Positions 58,122-64,000 of a stretch of DNA of 64,000 nucleotides are shown piece after piece. The notes under the pieces were generated by a model. The model was not told the origin of the DNA. It was given only the letters and a program-made list of their open reading frames with translations, and made no database searches. Numbering within the stretch: the stretch's first letter is position 1; each line of letters opens with the position of its first letter. The DNA lies in the NCBI RefSeq assembly GCF_009914755.1, contig NC_060925.1. One strand, written 5' to 3'. This DNA comes from the human T2T-CHM13v2.0 reference genome, Homo sapiens. The position numbers were made by a program, and so were the translations under genes.

Positions 58122-59733
58122 TGATTTTACTGGAATTGTTTTTGAAATTTTTTTTTATGCTTCCTTCCGTTTGTGATTAGAGGATATAGAACATGATCTC
58201 TTAATAACCAAGTAATTATGAACAACATTTTTCTTGCACTTAGGAACCCCGAGGCAATGAGTCTGCCCCCTCCACCCCTCCACGCTGCTGTGCTATCGCA
58301 GGTGGTCCTTCTCTGTTCGCTTTCCCAGATCTCCCTATCATTTCTCCCCGCCCAGGTTCTCTTACTTCCCTCTTTCTACCATTGTGTTTGTGGTAGAGCA
58401 TGCTGGTTTGTTCTTTCTTTGCCAGCTTTCCCCTTTCCTCTTGTCTGTCTGCTTTCATTTTCTTGCCACTTTTGCATTGCCCAGCCTTGGCTCCAGTGGA
58501 ATTTGGTTTTGATCATCATTGCCAGCCCAGTGCAAGCACTTGTTTTGTTGTGTTGCTTTGAACAGTTGGATTCATCAGATCAAATGAAATAATTTACATA
58601 AAATGTCACAGAGAACTAAAAATGTCTATACTATTTATATAGTGACATGTATAAAGGGAACTTGTCTAGGTTTGGAAAGCTTTTTCAAACCCAGTAATTT
58701 GCTATGTAAAGTGATAGCTTAATATCTGAAGTATTGCTATTCTTTCTTACATAAAAAATAGCATGACACGTTATCATCAAAAGTATAGTTTATACTGTAT
58801 ACTGTTTTTAAAAAGCATCAAAAATTTTATCCTCCTTTCATAGATTTTTAAGAAAAAAAATGATCACATGTGCATTGTCAGACAACACATTGGAAAGATT
58901 TACTCGTTTATTCTCTCATTCTGTAATTTTTATTGAGTGACTTCTCTGTGAGGGCCGCATTACAGATGCAGTGACTGAAAATACACGTAAGGATTTTTAT
59001 GCAGATGAAGCCTGCAATCTAACAGTCGTCTGGCACCAAGTGTGTTGTCTTTTTGCTGAATTTGAACATCCCATAGTTTTTGGCAAAGGATGAAATTGTA
59101 TTATAATACCTATAATACACTGACGTGATGATTTTAGTGTCAGAACCCAAACCCCCTTTACTCAGGAACCTGATCATGCAAATAAATCATGTGTTTGTTT
59201 GGTTCTGGAACCTGGAAGAGTTGCATTATCTTCTCTTTAAACTCTTCAGCTGTTCCTCCTGTAGCCTGAGACTCAGAGGGAGCTCCTAGCATCCAAACTT
59301 GAACTAAATGTGCCATGTAAACTCAGAGTGCCAGGATGACCCACGGGGGTGCGCACTCAGCTTGTACAGACTCTTACACACATAGAGATGAGGTAGCTGT
59401 TTTCTGAACAAGTGAGGTTGAAATTGAATGTTGGATACATTTTACGAAAGTTAATCTATTTTTGAACATTGAAAATAATCATAGTATGTAATTCAGAGGT
59501 CCCCTTGTGAGCAGATTTTAGCAACATGATATGCTGTGTGGAGATAAACCATTCATTTTTCTTCATTAACATCTACATTTATAATCTGCTTGCAGAAATG
59601 TCATATGTTCAGAAAAATATATTAAGTGTTTCAGATTGAAGTGATTTTTGTTTTTAGAAATAATTTCATTATTTCTAAAATCTGAGGAAGAAGCCCTGTG
59701 TTACTGCTTGGGTCTTTAGAAAGCTTTTAATCT

Positions 59734-60077
<344 letters not shown>

Positions 60078-62719
60078 CTAGATTAGCAACATTTACTTAA
60101 ATGTTTTCAGAACTGCTTGTATCACATGAAGCAAAATACAGGGGAGGACATAAGTTCACAGTGTCTAGTGGGGAGAAAAATGACAACCCAGATTGCTCCT
60201 GGATTTGCCTTTAGAGAAGCTATCTAATCGAAGCTGTGAGTTTTCTTCCCTGTTGCCTATTAAGTGAGGTAGTTATTTCTTGACTAGATAGATCACTGGG
60301 ATCAGGGAAGTTACTTTACGACTAGCTGCTGTGGGATTCTCTTGCCAAGTGAAGATGGGAGGCTAGCACTAAGCAGTAGTCGCTTATGAAATCACATTGG
60401 TAGCTGCTCTATGGATCCGGAACAAAAGAGGGTCTTAGAAACAGCAATCATGGTTGTTCTGCCCAGAATGGCTCTTTTGAGAGGAGCAGGGGAAGTCCAG
60501 CCTCCTCACAATAGAAGAAATGCAGTCTTCCAATAATGTAAGAGGTTTTAGAAACAATGGTTGGCCCAGAATTTATGTAGATATCTAAAGAGCGCCCAAA
60601 GGAAAACCCAGGAATTACCTGTTTTCCAAATGGCCTCGTCCTTGCCTTTTGTTTTTATCATGACCTCTACATTTTCTAATTAATTAATGCTTCTCTTGAT
60701 AGCCATGTCTCTTGCACAAAGCTCTTTTTCTTTTCCTTTTTAATCACTCTTTTAATTTATATTTGTACTGCTCTTCCTGGACTTTTGCAGTAGTTACTTA
60801 ATAAGTTTCCCTGTCCCTTGTTTCATCTTCTCCCCTCCAAATTGGTCTTACGTTAGCACTCTATAAACTTGGGGTCTCAAACTGGTACCCAAGGAGCCAG
60901 TCAGGTATTAGAAGTCAATGAAATGAGTTAGGTGTAGAGTGATAGGAAGAAGGTTTCCACGCCTTGTCTGGAAGTATACAGCTTTTTTAAACTCCACAGA
61001 TTAAACCAACCACAGCTGAGGGTTCTTGATCGAACACACGGACTGTGAGTTTAAACTCCTGCTATGAAACACTTTTAAACTATCATTCCTTTCCCACGGC
61101 TCTCTTTACCTGCAGGATAAAGGCTGTACTACTCGACATTCAGGACTCCTGTCATCTGGCCCACTCTGTCTCCCCAGCGTCATCTTCTGTCCTGGGGTCT
61201 CAGACTATACCGTAGTCAGACTGGCCCCCTCGCCACCTCCCAGATACACCTTGCATGTCGTCACGTTTGCTCTTTTCCCTCTGTGTATGTCAGCTCCACC
61301 CTGAGGTGAGCAACCTTCTTTCCACATACCTATCTCTTCCCAGCCCTCCACATCTAGGTCATGGCTTTTTAGCATGGAGAGTACCAAACAGTGCCTAGCT
61401 CATGGCCAGTACTCAGTAAGTGCTAGCTGATGCTATGATTCCCTGATCACTGGAGTCCAGAAGTTTGTTTCTTTCAAACAATTCCTCGGAACTTCAAATG
61501 AGGTTGAGGCTGGAACATCACTCTTCCCAAAGTCCTGTCTAGCTGTAATCTCTCTCTGTTATCGTAAGACGCACACATACTGTCTTCTACATCAAACTGC
61601 AAACTCCTTAAAGATACGGATTCTGTTAAATACATCTTTATATTCTCTGCAAAGCTAATACAGGCTGTTGTAAATAACAGCCACTATACACAGTAAGGCT
61701 TTTTTTCTTAGTTCACTTATAAAAATAAATATCCTTTAATGATAGATTTGGTTTTGATTATTTTCAGTGAAAAAGCTACATTACTCAAACAAGTATTTGC
61801 TAGGTGCTATCTATATGTAAATTGCTTATCTGTGTTTTTTTTTTATTCTTTGGCATATTTAGTGAGCACCTACTATATTATAGAAACTAGGAAGACAGCG
61901 CTGAACACAGATCAAGTCCCTGCTCTCATAAAGCTTACTTTCTAGAGGGAGAGACACGTAATAAGTTAACATAAAAACAAAAATATAGTTTTGGATACTG
62001 GAAGAACTATTAAAGAATTTCAGCAAGGTCAGGGGATTTAAAGTAACTGAACTGGCAGCTATTTAAACAATTTTCTGGGCCTTAAAAATGGGATCATATC
62101 TTGACATTCTCATTTCTTTTTCTATTTTGTACTTACTAAATTGCCCCCTTAAGCAAGCAAAACAAATTGCAAAAACATGAGGTAATGCCTCACCTAGAAA
62201 CTTAGACACATTGTAAAACTCCTGTGATTTTTTTAAAGGCTTTTTCCTTTTTAAGTGAATCTTTTAAAGATTCGACATTGATGTACTTCATCATCATGCG
62301 TTTTTCCCCTTGTTTGCCTTCTCCCTGTATTGCAGTGTTCTAAGATGCAGTGCTGTGGGTCTGAGGTGACCGCCGTGTTCTTTCTGGAAAATGGCTGCTG
62401 CTTACAGCTGGTACTCCCTGGCCCAGCGGTGACATGTTTTTATCAATCTGCCATAGAAGGAGCCATGACATTAGTCTACTTCCAGATTAATCAAATGACA
62501 CAAAGATCTTTCATCTAATCTCCTCTTCCCCTGTGTCTCTAGATGGGCAAATTTGGCCATTAGTTTAAGTATCTCATAAATGAGGTGATGTGTAAGATAA
62601 GAATTTTTGCTAGAGTCTTATTTGAAAGTTCTATTAATCTTGTTTTAATTGTAATATATATTATAGCATATGGCATAAAGCAACATTTTAATAGTCATAG
62701 AAAATAAGATATTTTCACA

Positions 62720-62945
62720 TTAAGGAACTGGCAAGAGGTTTGATACTGAATTTGTTTTCAAACTCTACCAGCTACTGGCACTGCAAGCTTAAGCAAGTTA
62801 CTCAAGCCCTTGAAGCTTGGCCTCTTCGTCTGCAAAATGGGGCTGATAAGGCTTCTAAAAGAGAGTTGTGAAAATTAAATATGATATAGTATGTAAATAT
62901 CGTTACATAAAATGTACACATTTACTAAATTATAGTTGTTATTAT
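62720..62945 (+). mobile_element. MIR SINE
   Basis: gcaagttact...ttggcctcttcgtctgcaaaatgggg. Confidence 0.6.
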
Positions 62946-63672
62946 GGAACCCAACACTAAAGAAGCGGGCAGAGAATATCACTTGTTTCTGTAGTTAGGA
63001 ATAGTAGCAGTAAATTTGACATGTGCCACTATAGTGAAATTGCTGGCACTTAAGTTATTTGTCATATACTATAATAATATGATTTATGAATGTTAATTCT
63101 CAAATCAGTTGGAAGCCAACTGTGTGTTCTTGTTCAGAATTGACCAACCTAGAGGTTCTGAATTGAGTGAAACCTATATCATTAAAAGAATGTGACTTGG
63201 TATCTGTTTTCTTCTTTAATTTTGTGAGGAGGCACTTCCAACAGCAGTGTGTCTCTGAATATTTTTCTTGTCACATTAGGATTCACTATTCCAGAAGAGT
63301 TGCGAATAATTTTGTTTTCACAACTAGTTCATTCTGAAAATGCTATTTAAGGTGGTCACTGATATTTGAGGGGAAGTGTGGGAAGAACTATTTATTTGCA
63401 AATACAGAAGACTGGGCCAGATGGAATTTTTTTTAATTCTGCATTTATTCATAGAGCACCACCCGTAACAATTACATTAATTATAGCTCAGACATTCTTT
63501 TTGGTCTCAATAGAAGGGCTTGGTATATTTGTTTGGGTAAGAATTTGGCAATTGAAGTGGGAAACTAAATTTAGTTTTAAGGCTTTATTTTTTGAGATTT
63601 AAAAATTCTTCACCTTTTAATACTGACACTATAGTTTTAAAAACAATGGAAATATTTTTAAGAATAGTCTGG

Positions 63673-63993
<321 letters not shown>

Positions 63994-64000
63994 CTATGCC

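Noticed and set aside
62300-62520. Possible extra exon after a pyrimidine tract and tgcag
   Set aside because: No recognisable consortin peptide or convincing donor; cannot be supported from sequence alone

Overview
Human (primate) genomic DNA from the middle of the CNST (consortin) gene, transcribed on the + strand. Seven coding exons (probably exons 3-9) splice into one continuous frame. They include 31-nt and 22-nt micro-exons, a U12-type (minor spliceosome) GT-AG intron and an 899-nt acidic exon that can read through into a short terminal isoform. The introns are dense in Alu, L1, L2, MIR, MLT and DNA-transposon remnants. The main feature is a pair of antisense HERV-F-class proviruses about 30 kb apart (10713-13040 and 40701-46104; the second retains a tRNA-Phe primer site). 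Each has its own target-site duplication, yet their 3' LTR+env halves are about 98% identical and CpG-rich while each 3' LTR differs from its own 5' LTR. This points to post-integration ectopic gene conversion. The pair flanks four CNST exons. Also present: an RPL7A retrocopy that appears to keep an intron 3' end, a 1-kb polypyrimidine tract grown from an Alu tail, a 52-57 bp VNTR and a 1-kb (GAT/GGT)n tract. No prokaryotic-type system is present. Repeat family names come from recognition, not from a search.
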